Positions 27,604 through 34,837 of a stretch of 40,000 nucleotides of DNA are shown here, piece by piece. A model generated the notes under the pieces. The model made no database searches. It was given only the letters and a program-made list of their open reading frames with translations, and was not told where the DNA came from. The stretch comes from Clostridium sp. OF09-36 (GTDB taxonomy: Bacteria; Bacillota; Clostridia; Lachnospirales; Lachnospiraceae), in the NCBI RefSeq assembly GCF_003481985.1, contig NZ_QUMD01000005.1, positions 1 to 40,000 of the forward strand, written 5' to 3'. How positions within the stretch are numbered: the stretch's first letter is position 1; the number at the start of each line of letters is the position of its first letter. Both the position numbers and the translations under genes were made by a program.

Positions 27604-28536
27604 ATGAGAAAAAGACATTTTTTATTATTGGCGTTTGCCATAACTGGTCTTGCCCTGAACGGATGTTCGGGGGGGGGTACAACGGATGTTGATACCTCGC
27701 AGACCGAGAGCGTAGCGGAAAGCGAAAGTAGCGAAGTAGAGCCGACATCGACGGTAGAAATGCCGGACGGATTCACAAAAATAACGCAAGAACAGGCTGA
27801 ATCATGCCCGGATGGGGATGGAGCGGTCAAAGCTCTGGAAACGGCTTTACAGTCGATTGGAGTAAAGAAAGTTTCTGATTGCTATTGGGGGAATTACAAG
27901 ACAGCCGGAAGTGTTGTCGATATGGAGGCTTACCTTATCACAGATGCACAAAACCTTATCGTCAGATGCCAGTACCTGAATAATAACTGGACGGTTGTTT
28001 ATATCACTGACAGCGAGAACGGACATTTGTATTATCCTACAACCGGTAAGGATGCGTATAACTACACAACAGGGGAATTGATAAAGCAGGAAGAAACAAC
28101 AGAGCCTGCGGCGGTAGAGGACACGCAGGAGGAATCCAAAGAGCCTGAAACGCAGGAAGTACCACACCGGGATGGAATGTACGGAATCAGTGACAAGAGC
28201 TGTCACGATATAGATGCAACCTTTTCCAGGGATAAAGTGCGGAATGATGTTACTGGAAAGTGGAGAGTGTCTGCCATTTCTGCGGATGTGCAGATGGTGG
28301 AATACGCAAAAGATTACTACCAATGGAAATTTACGAACGATGATGAGATTCACTGCATTGTGAATTTTTATAATAATACAACAACGAAGATACAGTATCT
28401 TAGCGGAAACCTGTTCGTTACGGTCCATGAGTATGTAAAGGGAGAGGAGCACGATGCTAACCTGATGTTCAGTGGAACAGTCCTCCAGGATTTTATAGTT
28501 TATCTCGATAATGGAGATATTGAGCAGATACAATAA
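27604..28536 (+). CDS. Lipoprotein (moron) with a G9 tract after the lipobox
   Basis: MRKRHFLLLAFAITGLALNGC signal/lipobox; acidic linker; AGGAGG SD; last gene before the non-coding region. Confidence 0.75.
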   Translation: MRKRHFLLLAFAITGLALNGCSGGGTTDVDTSQTESVAESESSEVEPTSTVEMPDGFTKITQEQAESCPDGDGAVKALETALQSIGVKKVSDCYWGNYKTAGSVVDMEAYLITDAQNLIVRCQYLNNNWTVVYITDSENGHLYYPTTGKDAYNYTTGELIKQEETTEPAAVEDTQEESKEPETQEVPHRDGMYGISDKSCHDIDATFSRDKVRNDVTGKWRVSAISADVQMVEYAKDYYQWKFTNDDEIHCIVNFYNNTTTKIQYLSGNLFVTVHEYVKGEEHDANLMFSGTVLQDFIVYLDNGDIEQIQ

Positions 28537-28541
28537 CAGAG

Positions 28542-28571
28542 TTATCCCCATAGTTATTCACATTATCCACA
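28542..28571 (+). promoter_or_regulatory. Three tandem DnaA-box-like 9-mers
   Basis: TTATCCCCA (28542-50), TTATTCACA (28554-62), TTATCCACA (28563-71; perfect consensus), all in the same orientation. Confidence 0.6.
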
Positions 28572-28602
28572 AAATATTGAGTTGATAAAATAATCGTTTG
28601 GT

Positions 28603-28830
28603 AACCGACCGATACCGAACGGTTATTTTTTTATGCGTTCGGAAAATTTCGGTTTATTTTTTGAGTTTGTACCAGGTTCAAACCTGGACTTCAAAATTTG
28701 TACCACCAGTACAGAAAACCGAAAAACCGAACGGTTATTTTCTTACAATCCTTGAAAGCCGCATAAAATAAGGATTTTCTGATGATTCATTTCTAAAATA
28801 AAAACCGAATTACCGAACGGTTATTTTCTG
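28603..28830 (+). repeat. Three dispersed hairpin-iteron units containing the exact 16-mer ACCGAACGGTTATTTT
   Basis: 16-mer at 28614-29, 28726-41 and 28812-27. Each unit is AACCG-N10-12-CGGTT plus a T-run. Further ACCGAA/TTCGG copies at 28636-28660 and 28831-28837. Confidence 0.8.
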
Positions 28831-28844
28831 AACCGAAAAAACCC

Positions 28845-28880
28845 GATACAGATACAGAAACAGATAAAGATACAGATATA
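28845..28880 (+). repeat. Tandem hexamer array (GATACA-like x6)
   Basis: GATACA GATACA GAAACA GATAAA GATACA GATATA read directly, followed by AT-rich DNA. Confidence 0.8.
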
Positions 28881-28940
28881 TAAATATATTTATGTTCATT
28901 TGTACCTCAAAAACTTTTTCAAAAATTGTAAATAAGCATA

Positions 28941-28996
28941 TTGACACTACTAACCTACGTGTTATTATAATGTCAACAACTCAATAAAACGAGTTG
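28941..28996 (+). promoter_or_regulatory. Early promoter module P1 (-35 TTGACA, TGt-TATTAT) plus downstream inverted repeat
   Basis: TTGACA 28941-46, 16-nt spacer, TATTAT 28963-68 preceded by TG; inverted repeat CAACTC-N8-GAGTTG 28977-96; module repeated at 31840 and 34252. Confidence 0.7.
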
Positions 28997-29026
28997 GAAT
29001 AAACCAAGGCAGGAGGTTAAGAGTAC

Positions 29027-29185
29027 ATGGAGGAATTTGAAATGACACAGACAGAGTTGATTTTATTTTTAGAAACATTAGCAGAAAACGTGGAGCTGAA
29101 AGCAAAGACCGGAGAAGATGCCGCAGGCATCATACGAAAGAAAATTGAGGTATTAAAAAAGGAAACCCCGACACCTGGTAAGTAA
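29027..29185 (+). CDS. Small early protein (52 aa, below the track threshold)
   Basis: AGGAGG 29011-16 then ATG 29027; reads MEEFEMTQTELILFLETLAENVELKAKTGEDAAGIIRKKIEVLKKETPTPGK. Confidence 0.5.
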   Translation: MEEFEMTQTELILFLETLAENVELKAKTGEDAAGIIRKKIEVLKKETPTPGK

Positions 29186-29205
29186 GAGGGTTTCCAATCC
29201 GTAAT

Positions 29206-29250
29206 AAGGGTAAGGCGGTTCCTGCCACCGCCAAGCCTTACCCTTTTATT
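29206..29250 (+). terminator. Strong intrinsic terminator after the first early ORF
   Basis: 11-bp stem AAGGGTAAGGC / GCCTTACCCTT (inner GGCGG/CCGCC pairing is an alternative) followed by TTTATT. Confidence 0.65.
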
Positions 29251-29300
29251 ATAGCAGGGCGGTGGAAGAAATCAAGAGCGGAATGCAGGAGGACATAGAG

Positions 29301-29789
29301 ATGGCAGCAACCAAAGAGCAGGAACGGAAAGCGTTGGAAAAAATCAAAAAAATCGTGACAGACCTTGGAGAGGATAGCTATATCAGCATGGCATTTGAGG
29401 GATGCTTTGAAATTGCCGAGGGAAACATTGAAAATGATTTCGGATGCAGCATGAAACAGAGAGCCGAAAGTTCGGCGGCAGAGGCAGCAAAATATAAAGA
29501 AATGTACGAAAGTGCAGTGAAAGATTATGAAGCAGAGAAGAGAACTGTCGAAGAACTTGAACAGAAAGTTCTCACGTTGGAAGAGGCTGGCGCAATAAAA
29601 GCTATTCTTATTGATAGCAAGACGGAGGCGATAAGAAGAACAGAAGAATCCGCCAGAAAAATTGTTGAATTTGCGGACAATCCGGATAGCGCAGAATTTA
29701 AGCAGGCTGTGCAGGACAACAGACATAACAAACAGTTGGTTGAGGAAAGCGAAAAACTTATCCAGAGGATTCTTGATACTATGTTTTAG
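29301..29789 (+). CDS. Hypothetical coiled-coil early protein
   Basis: ATG 29301 is 7 nt after AGGAGGA (track GTG 29262 overlaps the terminator). Confidence 0.55.
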   Translation: MAATKEQERKALEKIKKIVTDLGEDSYISMAFEGCFEIAEGNIENDFGCSMKQRAESSAAEAAKYKEMYESAVKDYEAEKRTVEELEQKVLTLEEAGAIKAILIDSKTEAIRRTEESARKIVEFADNPDSAEFKQAVQDNRHNKQLVEESEKLIQRILDTMF

Positions 29790-29803
29790 GAGGAGCAGAG
29801 CTG

Positions 29804-30514
29804 ATGAAAAAGTACAGAGTAAACGAGAGCGAACATTTCAACCTGTATTCGATGCACGATAAGCTGAAATGCATCGAAATTGACATGCAGGAGGCACCGG
29901 CACACACATATACAGACGAGCAGTGGGATGAGGTCCAGGAAAGAATCAGCGAAGTCGAGGAGCTTATGGAAAAGGCGTATTGCGTGGGCGCATTGGTGGA
30001 CTGGCCAACCTTAAAGAGAATCAGGGAGATTAAAGAGGAACGGCAGTTGATGAGATACAACGCTGCATGGAACAGGGAGCATCGGAGAAAGATGCAGCAA
30101 TGGCATTTGAATTATAAAACAGTTACCCGCCCCGGAGGTACGAGGGCAGAAAGTGAGGACATACAAATGATGGCGAATATTGTAGCAATGTTTCATTCAG
30201 CACTGCATATGGATGATGGATACGTGAATCATATCGCAATAGTCCAGGACGTTGATGGATACCACAATCATTTTCTTTATGATGAGGACAAGGGAAAAGG
30301 AGCCGCAGGGACAGGACCATTCAAAACAATAGAGGATGCGAAACAGGATGTCATAGCACATTACCCTGATGCGAAAGAAAAGAAAATCTCCCCGGCAGGG
30401 TACAGGTATTACAGCACACAGCGTCCAATCATGCCGGGAGGATACCCGAAGCCAAAAATAACGAAGTCCTGGAGATTGAGAACTTCGACAATAAAAAGTT
30501 TGTTGAGGAAGTAG
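29804..30514 (+). CDS. Hypothetical early protein; probably the first part of a longer ORF 29804-30839 broken at two A-runs
   Basis: AGGAGCAGAG SD. After A5 (30454-58) the -1 frame reads NNEVLEIENFDNKKFVEEVGCQAWGYIEYKKPL..., whereas the frame-0 tail is basic junk. Confidence 0.55.
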   Translation: MKKYRVNESEHFNLYSMHDKLKCIEIDMQEAPAHTYTDEQWDEVQERISEVEELMEKAYCVGALVDWPTLKRIREIKEERQLMRYNAAWNREHRRKMQQWHLNYKTVTRPGGTRAESEDIQMMANIVAMFHSALHMDDGYVNHIAIVQDVDGYHNHFLYDEDKGKGAAGTGPFKTIEDAKQDVIAHYPDAKEKKISPAGYRYYSTQRPIMPGGYPKPKITKSWRLRTSTIKSLLRK

Positions 30515-30605
30515 GCTGCCAGGCATGGGGCTATATCGAATACAAAAAGCCGCTCGGACATTTTGATGTTATCAATTATGAATTGGCTGCTGTAAAGATA
30601 AAACA

Positions 30606-30839
30606 TTGCATCTGAAATATATCGGCAGGGATGATTGGGGACGGTACGTGTATGAGGATGAAAACGGAAAGCTCTGGAAGAATACAGACTGTTGCAGTCC
30701 GAGAGAGTGCTGCGAGGAAAGAGGAGATACGCTCAACTCATCCGCAGGCAACGAATTTGACGGAGAACCTGATTGCTTCATGGCGGCTCACATTAAAGTT
30801 GAGTATTTACCGGAAGAGGGAGGCGAGCAGGATGGATAA
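30606..30839 (+). CDS. LKYIGRDDWGRYVYEDENGKLWK-domain segment (likely the C-terminal part of 29804-30839)
   Basis: TTG start with no SD; again -1 relative to the preceding open frame, at A4 (30600-03). Confidence 0.4.
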   Translation: MHLKYIGRDDWGRYVYEDENGKLWKNTDCCSPRECCEERGDTLNSSAGNEFDGEPDCFMAAHIKVEYLPEEGGEQDG

Positions 30840-31008
30840 AGAAAATACCGGCGAACAGCCGGCGAAACTGTACCGGAATAAAGAAACAGGAGAGCTGTTT
30901 ACATATCGGGAAATGTTGAAAGAATGGCGAGAACGGTACGAGGGGATTAACCCTGCCAATGGATTTTACCAATACCACTGGCACACAAGGTACGATTACT
31001 TAGGATAA
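30832..31008 (+). CDS. Small hypothetical protein (58 aa)
   Basis: ATG 30832 after GAGGGAGG, overlapping the upstream stop; the track ORF 30631 N-terminus overlaps another frame. Confidence 0.5.
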   Translation: MDKENTGEQPAKLYRNKETGELFTYREMLKEWRERYEGINPANGFYQYHWHTRYDYLG

Positions 31009-31027
31009 CGGAACAGGAGGGCGGAAA

Positions 31028-31300
31028 GTGAGAACGATTGATTTACTGTATCAGGCATATGTCGATGAGCGCATGGAGAGCGCAGAAAGCGGAGAGGAGC
31101 AGGAGGCGATTCGCCAGTTTAGAAATATATGCAGCAAAGCAGATAACAGCCTTATGAAATTGCAGGGCGATATATGGGACAGTATGGTCCAGTATGGAGA
31201 TAGCAGAGAAAAGCAGGGATTCATCGCAGGCTTTATGATGGCGTGTGATTTATTCAGAACAGGAGGTACAGGGAGCTATGACAGTAAGGGAAATGCTTAA
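31028..31300 (+). CDS. Hypothetical protein
   Basis: GTG start after AGGAGGG; 90 aa. Confidence 0.5.
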   Translation: MRTIDLLYQAYVDERMESAESGEEQEAIRQFRNICSKADNSLMKLQGDIWDSMVQYGDSREKQGFIAGFMMACDLFRTGGTGSYDSKGNA

Positions 31301-31514
31301 CAGTGCAAGCGATGATGCGATAGCAAGTGCAATATTGAGAGGGGCATTCAAGAAATGCGCGTACTGTATTTATGATGATGCGATTGCACATGAAGCTGGC
31401 GAGCGAGCGTGTCCGAATCCGTACACAGGACAGTATTGCAGAGAGGGAATAAAGAAATTTCTTCAAAGCGAGGCAACAGAAACAAAGGCAGATAGAATCA
31501 AGAAAGGCAGATAG
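31278..31514 (+). CDS. Cys-rich hypothetical protein
   Basis: ATG 31278 after AGGAGG/GGGAG; 78 aa. Confidence 0.5.
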   Translation: MTVREMLNSASDDAIASAILRGAFKKCAYCIYDDAIAHEAGERACPNPYTGQYCREGIKKFLQSEATETKADRIKKGR

Positions 31515-31526
31515 GAGGCGTGAGGC

Positions 31527-31805
31527 ATGGAGGATTTAATTCTACACCCTGATATTGCAGAGCCGGTAATGACGTTGAGCGATAGAGATATGGGGGCACT
31601 CTTCAAAGCGCTTATGATTTACAGATGGAGGGGCGAAGAACCAAAAGACTTGAGTGCGGCGGCGGATATGGCATTTATATTCATTCGGACAAAAATGGAT
31701 ATGGAAACCGAGGCAAGAAAAGAATACTGCCGGAAACAGCAGGAAAGAGGAAAACTTGGAGGCAGACCGAAGAAAAATCCAGAGGAAAGCAAGGAAAAGA
31801 AATAA
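31527..31805 (+). CDS. Hypothetical protein ending in GKLGGRPKK (DUF6291-like)
   Basis: AGGAGG SD; the C-terminal ERGKLGGRPKK motif is common in Firmicute phage early proteins. Confidence 0.55.
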   Translation: MEDLILHPDIAEPVMTLSDRDMGALFKALMIYRWRGEEPKDLSAAADMAFIFIRTKMDMETEARKEYCRKQQERGKLGGRPKKNPEESKEKK

Positions 31806-31839
31806 AACTCATTTTTTGAGCTTTTTGTAAATAAAGGTA

Positions 31840-31886
31840 TTGACACCTACCTACTACGTGTTATATTAAACTCATAAGAATGAGTT
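31840..31886 (+). promoter_or_regulatory. Early promoter module P2
   Basis: TTGACA 31840-45, identical spacer CCTACCTACTACGTGT, TATATT 31862-67; inverted repeat AACTCAT-AAGA-ATGAGTT 31869-86. Confidence 0.7.
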
Positions 31887-31921
31887 ATGAAACGCACAAA
31901 AGTGAGTAGGAGGTCAAAATC

Positions 31922-32434
31922 ATGGCAGCACAGATTATCCAGTTTCCGGTACAACATAGCAACGGTTATAACAATCTGATTCAGTTATTTGAGATTTGCG
32001 ATTCTTTAGAATCCTGCAATTTCTATCTTGAAAGCGTAGAACAGCTTTTTCAGAAAGGATATATTTCTGAAAAAGAGATGTACACTCTTCGCAGGATTGG
32101 CAGAGGAAAACGCCTGGAGCTGACACAGCCAGAAAAGCAGGAGTCGCAGGAGGCAACCGAACCTGGGGTGTATCAGTATACGCCGGAGATGGGAGGCGCA
32201 AAGCCTGATTGCCAGATGGAGGCGAGCCGGGGATATTATGGCGGTCATTGGTTTATTGATACGCCACTGGAAATCAAAGGCCGGGGAATTACATTCCTGA
32301 AAAAATATACGGATAAGGATTTCTGCACACCGGGGCATTACCGGGTAGGCTGGAACGAATACCGAGTAACCAATAAAGCGTTCGATAAATTAAAAGAACA
32401 GTACACAATTTCACAGGAAGTCTGCCTCGATTAA
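31922..32434 (+). CDS. Hypothetical early protein
   Basis: TAGGAGGT SD; 170 aa. Confidence 0.6.
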   Translation: MAAQIIQFPVQHSNGYNNLIQLFEICDSLESCNFYLESVEQLFQKGYISEKEMYTLRRIGRGKRLELTQPEKQESQEATEPGVYQYTPEMGGAKPDCQMEASRGYYGGHWFIDTPLEIKGRGITFLKKYTDKDFCTPGHYRVGWNEYRVTNKAFDKLKEQYTISQEVCLD

Positions 32435-32467
32435 GAGGCAGATACAGAATGGAGGGAGGGCAGAAGC

Positions 32468-33222
<755 letters not shown>

Positions 33223-33223
33223 A

Positions 33224-33523
33224 GTGTGGAATATACCGGATGAGGACGAATACTGGGAGCGCAGGCGAGAAGAATTTGAAAACCCACCACGCAGGCGGAG
33301 CCAGTGGGATGATGAAGAGCCGCCGCCATTGAGAGAGGACTATCTGTTCCTGGATGAGGAGCAGGAAGAGTTGGAAAGCAAATACGGCTGCCCGATGGTG
33401 GAACTGGACGAAGATGAACTGTTAGAGATTGTAGAACAGTTCGTAAAATTAACGCCCGAGTCTGCCAAATGGGAAGAGAATATGCAGGGCATAAAATATA
33501 AATACCAGGAGGAATGTGCGTAA
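33224..33523 (+). CDS. Highly acidic small protein (candidate DNA mimic)
   Basis: GTG 33224 is 5 nt after AAGGAGGA; hand count ~32 D/E vs ~12 K/R in 99 aa; the track start 33104 overlaps the upstream gene. Confidence 0.5.
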   Translation: MWNIPDEDEYWERRREEFENPPRRRSQWDDEEPPPLREDYLFLDEEQEELESKYGCPMVELDEDELLEIVEQFVKLTPESAKWEENMQGIKYKYQEECA

Positions 33524-33894
33524 TGATAACAGCAAAAATCGTAAAGTATTATAACGATTATAACCAGAAAGCGTTCGACAAGACGTTTGAAAATCTGGAC
33601 GAATTGGCAGATTGGATATTCGACCAGATGCAGCTTGACTACACCAAAAAGCCGGGATGCGATTTCTTGACATTTCCGACCGATAGATTCGGAAAGTGGT
33701 ATGAAATTTCAGTACGACCGAATTATGGGGGATATGTGTACTGGATTCACGAAATTGACAGTGAAAGTGGCATTATTTTTTCGAGTGGGAAATATACAGC
33801 CGGGAAAGATTTCTGTGCAGAAAAGGTGCAGGAGTGGTTCCAGAAATGCGAGGAGCGAAAGAAACATCCAAAATTCAATTTTGTGGAGGTGTAG
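33523..33894 (+). CDS. Hypothetical protein
   Basis: ATG 33523 after AGGAGGA; 123 aa. Confidence 0.55.
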   Translation: MITAKIVKYYNDYNQKAFDKTFENLDELADWIFDQMQLDYTKKPGCDFLTFPTDRFGKWYEISVRPNYGGYVYWIHEIDSESGIIFSSGKYTAGKDFCAEKVQEWFQKCEERKKHPKFNFVEV

Positions 33895-33897
33895 GCA

Positions 33898-34218
33898 GTG
33901 GATATTATAGAAAAATTCAAGCAGTATATGCTCGATAATGGTATCACATACGAGGAGGCGGCAAAACGTATCGGATGGACCAGGCAGAATCTGTGGTACA
34001 AACTGAATGTGGGAGTATCACCAACCTATGGAACAATCAAAAAAATTGCGGACGGTCTTGGTTTTGAAATTAAACTGACGCAGGATGGAAAGCCGGATAT
34101 AACAAAGCTGGAAGATATAGCGGCTGATACAGAGGATGATTCTGCAAGATTCATAATTATTGAGCACGTCATAAATTCTATGGGATATTCTCTCGAAATA
34201 GTACCACCTGAAAAGTAA
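33898..34218 (+). CDS. Helix-turn-helix (XRE-like) DNA-binding protein
   Basis: GITYEEAAKRIGWTRQNLWYKLN...TYGTIKKIADGLG is an HTH pattern; GTG start after GGAGGTG. Confidence 0.6.
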   Translation: MDIIEKFKQYMLDNGITYEEAAKRIGWTRQNLWYKLNVGVSPTYGTIKKIADGLGFEIKLTQDGKPDITKLEDIAADTEDDSARFIIIEHVINSMGYSLEIVPPEK

Positions 34219-34251
34219 ACTCAAAAAATTGAGATTTTGTTAATAAAGGTA

Positions 34252-34307
34252 TTGACACCTACCTACTACGTGTTAGTATATACTCAAACAACTCAATATA
34301 GTGAGTT
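34252..34307 (+). promoter_or_regulatory. Early promoter module P3
   Basis: TTGACA 34252-57, same spacer as P2, TAGTAT 34274-79; inverted repeat AACTCA-N6-TGAGTT 34290-34307. Confidence 0.7.
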
Positions 34308-34328
34308 ACAACACAAGGAGGAATGAAG

Positions 34329-34562
34329 ATGGGATTATTCAAAGAGCTTATGAATGCAGTCGAAAACAGGTTATATGGAACAGGGGCAACCGCTACAGCC
34401 AAGGAAAACAACGGCGTACAGATGATTTTGATTCAGACAGGAAAAGCATTACAGGCATTGTATGTTGGCTCAATCCTGAATGAGATGGCAGCCGGTATCA
34501 TGGATGCGGAAGAGGGAGCAGAGGAAGTGGAAAGAATGTTCTTCCACGCAACAGCAGAATAA
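34329..34562 (+). CDS. Small hypothetical protein
   Basis: AAGGAGG 34315-21 is spaced for ATG 34329 (track start 34323 is too close). Confidence 0.5.
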   Translation: MGLFKELMNAVENRLYGTGATATAKENNGVQMILIQTGKALQALYVGSILNEMAAGIMDAEEGAEEVERMFFHATAE

Positions 34563-34579
34563 GAAAGGAACTCACAAAA

Positions 34580-34837
34580 ATGAGCAAAGAAAAAATTGAA
34601 ATGACAGAGAAACAGTTCGAGGAATTATGCAAAGCAGTATATCCGCACCTGAAAGCAATTCAGGAGGCATTAAAAGGGAATGGCGAGGAAATGTCAGCGA
34701 GCATATCAGTTGGCAGTGATGGATACCTTAACTTCCATCCTTACAATTCAGATTGGGAGCTTTCAAAGTTCAAAGATTCACAGGCAACGATGAAATATGA
34801 GCACAGAACAATCTTAAAAATGGAGGAGGACGAATAA
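34580..34837 (+). CDS. Small hypothetical protein
   Basis: 85 aa; TAATG-coupled to the next gene. Confidence 0.5.
   Translation: MSKEKIEMTEKQFEELCKAVYPHLKAIQEALKGNGEEMSASISVGSDGYLNFHPYNSDWELSKFKDSQATMKYEHRTILKMEEDE

Noticed and set aside
28672-28687. CCAGGTTCAAACCTGG resembles a tRNA T-arm (GGTTCAAA..CC); considered a tRNA or an attP-type tRNA fragment
   Set aside because: The loop length does not fit the 7-nt T-loop, and no complementary acceptor-stem sequence lies at the expected distance upstream. I treat it as a palindrome within the repeat region.
28603-28880. Repeat cluster considered as a CRISPR array
   Set aside because: The repeats are 16 nt with irregular 86-112 bp spacing, or 6-nt tandem units. 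The geometry is not CRISPR repeat-spacer geometry, and there are no cas genes.
30631-30831. N-terminal two-thirds of track ORF 30631-31008, and similarly the N-terminal parts of 33104-33523, 35652-36044, 550-1575 and 16208-17500
   Set aside because: These extensions overlap better-supported upstream genes in another frame and lack an SD. Internal starts with AGGAGG-type sites were chosen instead.
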